DNA from: Planktothrix sp. GU0601_MAG3
GTDB lineage: Bacteria; Cyanobacteriota; Cyanobacteriia; Cyanobacteriales; Microcoleaceae
DNA length: 64,000 nucleotides
Direction of reading: 5' to 3'
Assembly (NCBI GenBank): GCA_035193785.1
Contig: CP136572.1
Coordinates: 3,380,578 to 3,444,577 of the forward strand
Below, piece by piece: positions 46,601-58,555 of the stretch. The notes under the pieces are model-generated. The model saw only the letters and a list, made by a program, of their open reading frames with translations, ran no database searches and was not told the origin of the DNA. A program made the translations under genes and the position numbers. Within the stretch, counting starts at the first letter, position 1; every line of letters starts with the position of its first letter.

Positions 46601-47995
46601 GTTCAAAAAAACCGATTAAGGAAATAGCCGGAATATAGTTTAATTTGCCATTTTTTTCAACGGGTTGAGAATTAATAAACTGTTTAACATTTTCTTTAAT
46701 ATATTGAATTACTGTACGTCCTTGAGTGAAATCTAAGTTACAAAGCAGGTAACTGTTGAGGGGATGAAGGGGAAAACAACCGCGGGTCAAATTGGTTTGA
46801 AAATCTTGTAATTTCCAGCCCCTTTCACGATAAATATTAATTCTGGTTTCATGGGCTTTTCTACTATCTCCCAAAAGAGTATTATCCCAGGTTTGACAAA
46901 ATTGGTTCCATAAATTAGGATTAACTTGTTTATCTAATAATCCTTTAATTACTAACTCCAAGCTGGAAACGGGTTTCATAAGTGCTTTCAGAAATTTCTA
47001 ACCGAGATGCTAATTTCTTGTAGTCTTCTATAGATTGATTGGGGGCTGATTTTAAAGGGCGAATTTGGGTAAAACAAACTAAGGCAATTTTGCTTTTATG
47101 ATTCTCACAAATATTTGTAATACTTTGTAAACACGCACCCCCAGCATTGACTGAATCTGTCGCCCAAGATTTAAGATAATAATTGAGTTCATCAAATAAA
47201 ATCAAAATTCCTGAATATTTTGTATCGGCTCCAGAGCATAATTTATCAATTAATTCTTCCAAGATTTTTTCAACACTTAAATCTGTCTCAAAATCAATAG
47301 GAAATCCATTATTTAGCTCACCGCTAATTGATTTTACTGTATAAATAACTCGATAATTATCTTGATTTAATTCCTTGATTATACTATCTAAATCTCCGAA
47401 TTTATGATCGTTATTTTCTAAATATTGATTAGCTCTTTCTTTTTGAATGTCTGTTAGTTGGGTTAAATATTCAAGGGGTTTTTGACACATTTGTGGTGCT
47501 AAACAATCCGTAATCCCTTCTGTATCTAAAGTTTGTCGAAGCGATCGCAAAAATATTTGTTTCAAGTCTAAGCCATCATCTCCACTAATACAAATAACTA
47601 AATGTTGAGGATTACGTCTTTTGTAGGTTGTTAAATCTTCTACTATTCCTTGATTATGTTCTGAGGCGATTTTGATTTGATCTAATATTCCTTCAACTTC
47701 GGGACTGTCGAATAATTGTTTAAAATAGTTGGCTGCAACTAAGGCAAAATGAGATTTTCCCTTACCATAATCTTGGACAACTAAATGAATATTAGCTTGA
47801 TTAACACTCTGATAACTTTTTTGAATGGCATCGAGAACACCTAATGTTGAGGATTTAGGAGAAACCATGATTGTAATTAAAAACAAATCCTCGACACAAC
47901 TGTAAGTTTTTATCAGCATCAGCCATCATCCCAAAGTTAACGGCGTTAGCTACAATTCCCGATTCATTGATCCTAACAATTTGATGGAGTTGCAC
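43676..47995 (-). CDS. Large P-loop ATPase, BrxC/SspC-like (~1438 aa after correcting frameshifts at ~47863, ~46975 and ~44175)
   Basis: GTG start at 47995, Walker A QDYGKGKS, Walker B ILFDE, FPLHP and PFG motifs, long coiled-coil C-terminus. Confidence 0.8.
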
Positions 47996-48060
47996 GGTTT
48001 TAAAGTCCTGGTTATGGGTGTGTTTAGTTGGGTTGTTGGGCTTTAGCCTTCCTATTTAAG

Positions 48061-48510
48061 TTAATTAGGGCGGTGAGTAACAACGGATTGAAGATGTCTT
48101 TTATTCCAATTTGGCGGACTAAGTTTAGAAGGCAGTAGAATCCATAAGATACTTTGTAAATGTCTCATATATTCTAATTTTTGCCAAAATAAACTAATCG
48201 GAGCATCTGGCTGTGTGTAAAGATAGGTAATCAAGATATCAAGGTCTGTTAGTAATATAACAGGTTTTGTGGCAGATTCACAAATTTGTTTAATTGCTTC
48301 TAATTCTTGACCTAAATTTTGATGAAGAATTAAAAATTTGTGTTTGTTGTTAATCCGACTCAATAAATTATCCCGATAACTGATTTTTTGAGCATTATTG
48401 TTAAACAAAAGTTGATTGATTTCCAAATCATTCGGAGTATCCCACAATAACAAATGAGGTATATCCGTCGGTTTAGCATCTGCAAGAGATAGATGATTAA
48501 TGTTTGACAT
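48061..48510 (-). CDS. Small BrxB/BrxF-like degenerate P-loop protein
   Basis: 149 aa with Walker B-like VILLTDLDIL and no Walker A. Overlaps the DUF4007 gene end. Confidence 0.5.
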   Translation of the reverse strand: MSNINHLSLADAKPTDIPHLLLWDTPNDLEINQLLFNNNAQKISYRDNLLSRINNKHKFLILHQNLGQELEAIKQICESATKPVILLTDLDILITYLYTQPDAPISLFWQKLEYMRHLQSILWILLPSKLSPPNWNKRHLQSVVTHRPN

Positions 48511-49328
48511 AGGCTTTCTCTAATAACGTTAAAGGATTATCCCAGCGCCGGATAATTTGATAGGGTGCAACTGTTCGTCTTTGTTCAATAATTCCTAGAG
48601 CTTCTATCGCATTAAGATGTTGTTGTAATGATTCAGCTTGAAGGCTTAAAACGGGTAAAATCCCCATTTTTTGGTTGATAATATCCTCGGTTAAAACTGA
48701 AGTTTCTTGACCAAAATCCCGTTGCCAAAGTTTGGCTAGGAAGTAACCTATTAAATAAGAATTAGGAAGATTAGGATGTCCTGCTTCATATTTGTCGGCT
48801 TTAATTTCCTTGATAAATTGACAATTGGCTAGGGCTTGTTGTTCCGTATAAGCCCTTAAAACATATTTCATTCTTTCAGGAATTACTTTATCGGGTTTCT
48901 TCAAAGATAGAAATACTATTTTGACCTAAAATATCTTTAGTAAAAGTTGGGTTTTCGGGAAGAAAAGTATAAACAAAATAAGTCCAGCCTCCCCAATCCG
49001 CAGGATTTTCTGGTATTTTATTTAAGCCTTGATTCCCAAAACTCAAGTAAAAGTGCATTAACCAATCAGTAATAATTGATTGTAAATTAGGATCATGTTT
49101 TAAAACTATTTTTCCCTCTGGACTTAAATAGTTGTCTTTAATTAAACCTGCCCTAACTGACCAAGTTTTAATTTTGCCCACTTTGGCATTTCCTAAACCC
49201 GTTTTTGCCATTAGGTTTTGTAAGGTATCTTTTAAACCTTGGGTTTCTGAAGCCGCCTCCAGGATTCTCTTAATTTCTTCTTTTTTCAGGGAAAAATTAC
49301 CATTGAAATGTAGTTGTATTTTAGTCAT
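48497..49328 (-). CDS. DUF4007 (SspB/BrxA-like) protein, ~276 aa; frameshift at ~48897
   Basis: GLGNAKV..IKTW...AGL...LSPEG......DP.L....TDWLMHFYL signature. Confidence 0.78.
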
Positions 49329-49513
49329 AGTTGATTATTTCCTTGTGCTGATATTGAGGATTTGGAGGAGTCATTATATTATTCATTCATTATAGTGAAA
49401 TCGACAACTTAAAATGATAATTTCAGTTTCGGTTATTTCACATTAATTTTAGTTTAGCATGATATTAACATAAAAGAATATTCTCAACTTTCCATTCAAT
49501 ACAGGGATATTCT

Positions 49514-50089
49514 CTAAAAAATAGATAAACTTAAACTAAACCCTGGTAATATCTCCTCCCCTGATAATTCCGTGGGAAGATTTCTCAATTCTACGGGTTT
49601 TTCAAGGCGATAAATTTCAACTTGTTGCTGTTGAGGATTAATTAACCAACCTAATTTTACGCCTGCATCTAAATATTCCCACATTTTCAAGCGCAGGGGT
49701 TCTAATTCATCCGTTGCTGACCTTAATTCTATGACAAAATCCGGGGCAATTGGGGGGAATTTCCGGCGCTGTTCGGGGGTGAGATTTTCCCAACGTTCTT
49801 TTTTAATCCAAGCAGCATCAGGAGAACGATCTGCACCATTGGGAAGTTTAAAAATAGTTGAAGAACTAAAAGTATAACCTAGTTGTGTTTGACGATTCCA
49901 GATTCCTAAATCTATGATAAATTCCGCTTCTCGATTTCCACTTTCTCCCCCGACCGGAGACATAATTGTTAATTCTCCTTGAGTATTTCTTTCAAATTTT
50001 AATTCTCGGTTATTTTGACAGAGTTGATAAAACTGTTCATCGCTAAGTTGAACCCTATCTAGGTTTAATATCACAGGACTAATAACCAT
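49514..50089 (-). CDS. Uma2 family (DUF820) PD-(D/E)XK endonuclease-like protein
   Basis: Motifs RSPDAAWI, PDFVIELRS and LGWLINP. Confidence 0.93.
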   Translation of the reverse strand: MVISPVILNLDRVQLSDEQFYQLCQNNRELKFERNTQGELTIMSPVGGESGNREAEFIIDLGIWNRQTQLGYTFSSSTIFKLPNGADRSPDAAWIKKERWENLTPEQRRKFPPIAPDFVIELRSATDELEPLRLKMWEYLDAGVKLGWLINPQQQQVEIYRLEKPVELRNLPTELSGEEILPGFSLSLSIF

Positions 50090-50216
50090 AATCTTAGTCT
50101 CACCAGTGCGATCGCTATTAATTATTATACTATTGGCTAGGAGAGGAGGAGATGATCGTTTTCACCCTCCTATACTTTTTCCCTGAGATTAAAAATCAAG
50201 AATATTCCCGCTTTTT

Positions 50217-50234
50217 GTTACAATATGTAAACAA
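50217..50234 (+). promoter_or_regulatory. HLR1 (RpaB) site upstream of zds
   Basis: GTTACAAT-AT-GTAAACAA. Confidence 0.45.
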
Positions 50235-50262
50235 ACGCTTAAGTTAAAGGGCAGTCTAACAA

Positions 50263-51733
50263 ATGCGGGTTGCGATCGCAGGAGCAGGTTTAGCGGGCAT
50301 GGCTACGGCAATTGAGCTAGTGGATGCCGGACACGAAGTAGAAATTTTTGAATCCCGTCCCTTTGTCGGGGGTAAAGTCAGCAGTTGGATCGACCCCGAC
50401 GGCAACCATATTGAAATGGGGTTGCACGTCTTTTTTGGCTGCTACTATAACTTATTTGAACTAATGCGCAAGGTGGGGGCGATTGACAACCTCCGGTTAA
50501 AAGACCATACCCACGTTTTTATTAATACCGGGGGAAAAACCGGAAGTTTGGACTTTCGTTTCCTTACCGGAGCGCCCTTTCACGGGTTGAAAGCGTTTTT
50601 CACCACCTCCCAACTCTCGGTGATTGATAAATTGCAAAATGCGATCGCCTTGGGTACTAGCCCGATTGTCCGAGGGTTGGTAGACTTTGAAGGGGCGATG
50701 AGGACTATCCGTGAGTTAGATCGGGTGAGTTTTGCGGACTGGTTTCTCAGTCATGGGGGTTCTGAAGGTAGTCTAAAACGAATGTGGAAACCCGATTGCC
50801 TACGCCTTGGGATTTATTGATACTGAGAATATTTCCGCTCGGTGTATGTTAACGATTTTTCTATTTTTTGCTACCAAAACAGAGGCATCTATCTTGCGAA
50901 TGTTGGAGGGATCTCCGGCGGAATATTTGCATAAACCGATTGTCAATTATTTGGAACAAAGGGGTGTGAAAATTCATACCCGCCGTCGAGTTAGAGAAAT
51001 ACAATTTTCAGAAATAGAAGGTAAAACCTATGTGACGGGAATGGTAGTAGCAAAAGGGGAAACCGAGGAAACAATTCTCGCCGATACCTATGTTTTTGCT
51101 GGGGATGTTCCGGGGGTACAAAAAATGATTCCTGCGGCTTGGAGAAAATGGCCGGAATTTGACAATATTTATAAATTAGAAACTGTTCCCGTGGCAACGG
51201 TACAACTGCGGTTTGATGGTTGGGTGACGGAATTAAATGATCCCGAAAAACGTCAACAACTCAAAGAAGCGGCGGGAATTGATAATTTATTATATACGGC
51301 CGATGCGGATTTTTCCTGTTTTTCTGATTTGGCTTTATCGAGTCCGGCGGATTACTATAAAGAGGGACAAGGATCTTTATTGCAGTTAGTTTTAACCCCG
51401 GGTGATCCATTTATCAAACAAAATAATCAGGAAATTGCCCAACACGTTCTTAAACAAGTTCAGAATTTATTTCCCAGTTCCCGGGAACTGAATATGACCT
51501 GGTATAGTGTGGTTAAATTAGCCCAATCTTTGTATCGAGAATCCCCTGGAATGGACGCCTATCGTCCGGCTCAAAAAACTCCGGTTGCTAATTTCTTTTT
51601 AGCTGGAAGTTACACCCAGCAGGATTATATTGATAGCATGGAAGGGGCAACTATTTCGGGAAGACAAGCGGCTAAGGTTATATTAGAAACTCGCTTGAAC
51701 GATCTCAAACCTGCTTCAGTCGTTGCTGGATAA
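50263..51733 (+). CDS. zds: Zeta-carotene desaturase; frameshift at ~50789
   Basis: Motifs [17 protein letters not shown], corrected [12 protein letters not shown] and YIDSMEGA. Followed by an SRPBCC gene. Confidence 0.95.
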
Positions 51734-51915
51734 TTCAGGATTTGATCTTAATAATTAGTTTAAAACCTATGGTTTTAGCTAATTATTATTCAGAATTCCT
51801 ATCCCAGTAGGAGCGTCCTCGAACACTTGCCCAAACCGATAGAATTTAATCATTTTTTGCCTATTCCCTATTCCCTATTCCCTATTCCCTATTCCCTAAA
51901 ATCTTTGTAAATATT

Positions 51916-52371
51916 ATGGCTGATTGGTTAGAACATAGTGTCCAGGTTGAAGTTCCGGTTCCCATTGATGTCTCTTGGGATTTATGGTCGGATTTAGAAC
52001 ATATGCCCCGTTGGATGAAATGGATTGATTCGGTAAAAATTTTAGAGGATAATCCTGATTTGTCTCGTTGGAAATTAGCAACGGGGAGTTTTGAATTTAG
52101 TTGGTTATCGCGGATTTTAAAACAAATTCCCAATCAAATTATTCAATGGGAATCAGTAGATGGTTTACCGAATCGGGGGGCAATTAGGTTTTATGACCGC
52201 CATGGAAGTAGTATTGTGAAATTAACAATTTCCTACGCTATCCCCGGGATTTTAGGACAATTGATGGATAATTTATTTTTGGGTAGGGTAGTGGAGTCAA
52301 CTATTCAAAAAGATTTAGAACGATTTAGAGATTATGCCATAGAATTCTATAGTAGTAGTTCTTTAAATTAA
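51916..52371 (+). CDS. SRPBCC/polyketide cyclase-like protein
   Basis: Motifs WSDLEHMPRWM and QWESVDGLPNRG. Confidence 0.88.
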   Translation: MADWLEHSVQVEVPVPIDVSWDLWSDLEHMPRWMKWIDSVKILEDNPDLSRWKLATGSFEFSWLSRILKQIPNQIIQWESVDGLPNRGAIRFYDRHGSSIVKLTISYAIPGILGQLMDNLFLGRVVESTIQKDLERFRDYAIEFYSSSSLN

Positions 52372-52426
52372 CATCCGTTAAAATCTTTAATCCGTGAAAT
52401 CTCTTTAATCCGTTAAAATCCGTGTT

Positions 52427-52865
52427 ATGAATTTACCCTCGTTTTTATGGTTATGGAAAATTGCGGCTTGGTCGATGGGATTTTCTATCTTCGCCTATGT
52501 ATTGTTAGCGATCACAGGAGGCTGGATGCTATATTCTCGCACAAGGAAACAACCCCTAACTAACGGACTCAGAACTTTTCATTACCTCATCGGTGGGGGG
52601 ATGGTGGGTTTAGTCTTAATTTTATTAACCGTTGGTTTAGTGGGAAACCCTTGGATATTACGGGAGTTTAGGACATTCAATTCATCTAGCCGCCGGATTA
52701 ATTGTGGTAAGTTTAGTATTGGGAACGGCTGGGGTTGCTACCCAAATTAATCCTAAAAATCCCTGGGCGCGTCCCCTTCATCTTAGCCTAAATATGGGTT
52801 TATTTTTTGCTTTTACTGCGGTTTCTTTATCCGGGTGGGCAATTGTCCAGAAATATTTACCTTGA
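52427..52865 (+). CDS. DUF4079-like membrane protein; frameshift at ~52646
   Basis: MNLPSFLWLWKIAAWSMG, corrected GTLGYYGSLGHS.H and WARPLH. Confidence 0.75.
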
Positions 52866-52907
52866 TGTAATTATTAATACAAAATCTGGTGATCAATAGA
52901 TTAAAAT
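52866..52907 (+). promoter_or_regulatory. Putative NtcA-type promoter upstream of the hybrid kinase
   Basis: TGTA-N8-TACA at 52866-52881, with TAAAAT 21 nt after the TAC. Confidence 0.4.
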
Positions 52908-53182
52908 TGTAGTCTTTCAACACAACTCAATCAAATCAGGAGTAAAATACTATTCTTAACCTTGACCTCTGTTTAGACCGTCAATAAACTATCTCTACGA
53001 ACTTCAAAAAGCAGGATAGAATAAGGATAGAATTGATAGAAGTGGGATTCCCATTTAGCAATGGCAAGGATTGTAACTGCCCATTGGGTAAATCTGGTGG
53101 TTGTACAGAATCATTATTTTGAGGGAATGGGTGCCAATACAATCTAGTTCACTGCCAAATAGCACGTTTAAGGTCACACGCC

Positions 53183-56100
53183 ATGAAATTGCGAAAAAAA
53201 ACACTGATCATTATTGGTGCAGCCCTGATTGGGTTAATCGTGGCGATGTATGTTAGCGCCTCTATGCTGTTGGTGCATGATTTTAGTCAATTGGAAAGTC
53301 AGTATGTCCGTCAGGATATTATTCAGGCTTTAAATGCGATTAATGATGATTTAGAGAGTTTAGATTTAATTGCTCAGGATCAAGCGAAATGGGATGATAC
53401 CTATAGCTTTATTGACGCTCACAATTATCAATATATTGCCTCTAATTTAGTTGATACTACTTTTTCTGACCTGCGACTCAATTTATTGATTCTGATTAAT
53501 TCCCAAGGTGAAATTGTTTTTAGTAAAGGATTTGATTCCCAACGCCATCAGGAAACACCAATTCCCCCCAGTCTTTTCCCCCATCTTGCCTTAAATCGTC
53601 CCCTTTTAGCCAGTCTCAAACAACCCTATTTAACCCCCGTTGCCCTTCAAGGAATCATTGTTTTACCAGAAAATCCCTTACTGATTGTTTCACGACCGAT
53701 TTTGACCAGTTTCCGCATCGGGGCCAAGCCGAGGAATCTTGATTTTAGGACGTTATCTTGATACCTCAGAAATTCAAAGATTACGCGAAATTAGCCAACA
53801 GTCTTTGAGTTTGAATCCAATTGTTGAGGAAATAGCTGGTAGTCCGATTTTATTGTCTCCCCAACTTCAACCCTATACGGAAACAATTATTGATCCTAAA
53901 GCTATTCAGTTGCAATCTTTGAATGTAGAAACAGCGATCGCCTCCGCCACTATAGCAGATATTTATGGGGAACCCAAATTACTATTACAACTTCAAGTTC
54001 GTCGTCCGATTTATCAACAAGGTCAGACAACTTTAGCCTATTTCACCTTATTTTTATTAGGGGTTGGGTTGATTTTTGGAGGCATCACCCTACTATTGTT
54101 AGAAAAATTAGTGCTTTCTCGACTTACCCATCTGAATAATTCTGTGAATAAAATTAGGGAAACGGGAAATTTAAGTTTGAGAATTGAGGCGACGGGTAAG
54201 GATGAATTATCGAGTTTAGCCGAAGCAATTAATGGAATGTTGCAAGCCCTAGCAGATGCCCAAGTTCAAGGTCAAGAAAGTGAGCAACGCTATCGATTAA
54301 TGGCGGAAAATTCCACGGATATGATCACCCGTCATTCTTCCGAAGGCGTATTTTTATATGCCTCTCCCGCCTGTCGTAGTTTATTAGGATATGAACCAGA
54401 AGAATTAATCGGAAATAAATTACCCCGTTTCATCCATCCCGATGATTTAGATGTAATTATTAAAGCCTATAAAGTTATTTTACAACAAAATGTTGTCTAT
54501 ACTATTGAATATCGAATTTGTCACAAAAACGGCGATTATATTTGGTTTGAAACCACCAGTAGTTCCATCCGAGATGCTACCACTGGAAGTGTGTATGAAA
54601 TTATTGGGGTATCCCGGGATATTACGGAACGGAAACAACGGGAACAACAACTACAAGATAGTGAATCTTCCATTAGAAACCCTCTATCAAATTACCTCTG
54701 GTCAGGAATTTACCTTTGAAACTCGACTACAGGCAATTTTAGAATTAGGCTGTACTAAATTTGGTTTAGAATATGGGATTTTATCCCAGGTTAAAATTGA
54801 TCATGCCCTATCCAAAGAAGACGGTCAAGAAGAACATTATTCCTATAAAATTATAGCTGTAATTGCTCCTAATCAGTCGATTCAAAAGCAACAAATTTAT
54901 AAACTAGAAGATACCTTTTGTCAAGTTACAATTAACGCTAAACAACCCCTTTATTTTGAATCGATAAAATTTTCTGGTTTGCCCTTTTGTCCCGCCCATA
55001 GTATTTTCCCCATTGAGGCCTATATGGGAACTCCGGTGATTGTAGAGGGAGAGGTTTATGGAACCCTCTGTTTTTGGAGTTCTCAAGCCTTATCAGAGCC
55101 GTTTCAAGCCGTAGATCGAGATTTATTAAAATTAATGGCACAATGGATTGGCGGTGAAATTGAACGTCAAGAAACCGCTAGTGCTTTAGCCAAGGCACGG
55201 GATCAAGCCTTAGCAGCAACCCGGGCAAAAAGTGAATTTTTAGCTACTATGAGCCATGAAATTCGGACACCCATGAATGCGGTGATTGGGATGACGGGAT
55301 TATTGTTAGATACCGCCCTAACTCCCATGCAGCAGGATTTTGTGGAAACTATTCGCAGTAGCAGTGATGCGTTACTCTCTTTAATTAATGATATTTTAGA
55401 TTTTTCTAAAATTGAATCGGGAAAACTAGATTTAGAAAATCATCCCTTTTATTTAAGAACTTGTATTGAAGAATCCCTAGATTTATTGGTCACTAAAGCA
55501 GCTAGTAAAAACCTGGATTTGGCGTATTTAATTGATCCTTGTACCCCGACTCAAATTATTGGGGATATGGCGCGATTACGTCAAGTTTTAGTTAATCTTT
55601 TAAGTAATGCGGTGAAGTTTACTGACAATGGGGAAGTCGTTGTATCCGTTACCGCAGAAAAAATCAATGATTCTAATATTTATTCTGCTAAAATTCAGGA
55701 AAAACAACCCGGGAAAGAAGGTTCTATAAATCCTACACTATCCTGTTCTTTCTATAAAATTAAATTTGCTGTTCAAGATACGGGAATCGGGATTCCTGCT
55801 AATAGAATGGATCGACTTTTTAAGTCCTTTAGTCAGGTAGATTCTTCAATTAATCGTCAATATGGTGGTACGGGTTTAGGATTAGCGATTAGTAAACGAT
55901 TGGCGGAATTAATGGGCGGTCAAATGTGGGTAGAAAGTCAAGGATCGGTGGCCGGAGATCCGCCAGTGAATTTTAAAATTGAACAATCATTAGATTCCTT
56001 TTGTCTGTTAGATGAAGATGATCATAAAACTGAAAAAAACAACCTAAATCGTTGGGGTTTCAACCTTTTATTTTACCGTTGTTACCGAGTCCTGTTCTAA

Positions 56101-57407
56101 TTTATCTCCCGAATGGTCAACCCTGAATGAATTAGCTGGAAAACGCTTATTAATTGTCGATGATAATGCCAGTAGTAGACAAATGTTAAAGCTACAAACC
56201 CAAGCCTGGGGAATGTCAAGCCGAACCGTTAAAAATGGGGTTAAGGCCCTGGAATGGTTGCAGCGTAAACAATTTGATATTGCCATTATTGAGATGGAAA
56301 TGGCATTGATGGATGGGTTAACTTTAGCCAAACAAATTCGCCAATTACCGTCCTATCAAAAGTTACCCCTGATTTTATTAACATCCGTGGGGGGAGAAAA
56401 TTTAGGTAAATCTAAATCTATTGAGATCTCGGCTTGTTTAAATAAACCAATTAAACAATCCCAACTTTATAACGTTTTAATTAATATTTTAGGAAAGGAA
56501 CCTTTAGAAGTTCATGTCCAGAGTCAAACCTATTTACACAGTCGAAATCGCGTCACATTGCGATCATCCCAGGATATTCCTTTACTAGCTGAAAAATTAC
56601 CCCTGAGAATTTTATTAGCAGAAGATCATTTAGTTAATCAAAAAGTAGCATTACAAATTTTACAACGAATGGGATATCGGGCGGATGTGGCGGGGAATGG
56701 TTTTGAAGTCTTAGAAGCGTTGCGTCGTCAACCCTATGATGTGATTTTAATGGATATGCAAATGCCGGAAATGGATGGGTTAGAAGCGTCCCGTCAAATT
56801 CAAAAATTATATGGCAATTCTGAGAAATCCCAACCCATGCGACCGAGAATTATTGCGGTGACAGCAAATGCGATGGAAAGCGATCGCCATGAATGTATCA
56901 GTGCGGGTATGGATGACTATATTAGTAAGCCAATTCGCATAGAACAATTGATCAATGTTTTAAGTAAATGTCAGTCCCCCACCCAACCCCTACATTTAGA
57001 GACTGAAATCACCCCCTATCACTCCTTAAATCTAACTTTAAATCCATCGATTTTAGATGCTAAGGTTATACAAGGATTACGGGAGGTGGAAGCCATAGAA
57101 GAAGTAATTGAGATTTACTTTGATACCGCCCCGGAATTGTTGGAAAATATTGTCAAAGCCATTAATAAAAGCGACTCCAAGGCGTTACAACCAGCGGCCC
57201 ATTCTTTAAAGTCTATTAGTGGAAACCCTCGGTGCTTTTGGGTTATCAGAATACTGTCAAAAATTAGAAACCCTAGCCCGTCAATGTAATCAAACTCAAA
57301 ATCCCCTATCCCAATCGGAAACCGAAAAAATATATGCCCAAATTCAAACTGAATTTGAGCAAGTTAAAACCGCACTCCAACAGGAATTAAATTCCAGCAC
57401 CATCTAA
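53183..57407 (+). CDS. Hybrid sensor kinase (CHASE4-HAMP-PAS-GAF-HisKA-HATPase-REC-REC-Hpt), ~1406 aa after four frameshift corrections
   Basis: Motifs WDDTY.F (CHASE4), HPDD (PAS), [22 protein letters not shown] and AHSLK. Confidence 0.9.
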
Positions 57408-58202
57408 AAATTGTTGAATCGTTCTATCTTTTATACGACAATGATTAGCCGTGGAAACCGAGTATTCTTGACCATAATTGGTTGTTTGTTCCTGAACCGA
57501 TAACCTGTCAGGATTAGGACAGTATTCCAATTTTAGAGCCGCTTCTAGTTGATTTTGAGCGACGGAGGATTGTTGTTGCAGGGACTGTACCTGTTGTTCC
57601 AATAGTTCAATCCGATCTACTAACATCCGAATCACTTGCGCCTCTGAGTCGGGAAGACTACCATGTTCTAGGGGATCAATCCGCACCCCGGAGCGATAGA
57701 CAATCCGACCCGGAATCCCGACCACGGTACAATTAGCCGGAACATCCCGCAGTACCACCGATCCGGCCCCAATCCGAACATTCTCACCCAATTGAATATT
57801 ACCTAAAACCTTGGCTCCGGCACCGACCACCACATTTTCCCCCAGGGTAGGATGGCGTTTGCCGCTTTCTTTCCCGGTGCCTCCCAGGGTGACGCCTTGA
57901 TAAATTAGGCAAAAATCCCCTAAAATAGCCGTTTCACCAATCACAACTCCCATACCATGATCGATGAATACGCCCTTGCCAATCACCGCCCCAGGATGAA
58001 TTTCTATTCCCGTCAGAAACCGAGCCAGATGGGAAATCAGGCGGGGGATAAAGGGAAGCCCCAAGCCATATAACCTATGTGCCAGGCGGTGGAATAATAG
58101 AGCCTGAAAACCAGGATAGCAGAATAGGACTTCTAACCAGTTGCGAGCGGCAGGATCACGCTCAAAGATAATGCGGAAGTCGTGTTGAAGGGTCTTGAGC
58201 AT
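57387..58202 (-). CDS. cysE: Serine O-acetyltransferase
   Basis: Motifs ERDPAA, IEIHPGA, FIDHG and GKRHP. Confidence 0.96.
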   Translation of the reverse strand: MLKTLQHDFRIIFERDPAARNWLEVLFCYPGFQALLFHRLAHRLYGLGLPFIPRLISHLARFLTGIEIHPGAVIGKGVFIDHGMGVVIGETAILGDFCLIYQGVTLGGTGKESGKRHPTLGENVVVGAGAKVLGNIQLGENVRIGAGSVVLRDVPANCTVVGIPGRIVYRSGVRIDPLEHGSLPDSEAQVIRMLVDRIELLEQQVQSLQQQSSVAQNQLEAALKLEYCPNPDRLSVQEQTTNYGQEYSVSTANHCRIKDRTIQQFLDGAGI

Positions 58203-58555
58203 TGATTAATAACCCGTTGTTGTTATACAGACCACTATTCCTATTTTAGAGGATGAAGGCATTTTGAACGGATGTACAATAGATTCTTTTCCGGTTCGGG
58301 TTTCCGAATCAACCCTTAAAAGATAAGTTTTTCTAATTATTATGCTGTTAATATCCGCTTGCTTAATTATGTTTTTGGCAGGGCTGGTGATGGAGGAGGG
58401 AATTTTCTCGATCATTGATCTGATTACAGGACTACACTTACCCAATTCGCTCGGTTTAGTCGTACTATTAGTCCTACTCTCTTGGTGCTTGGAAGATTAA
58501 ACTGGGGTTGACGGTTAACCCACAACAAAAATCTATATTTAAAATCTGGGGAATT

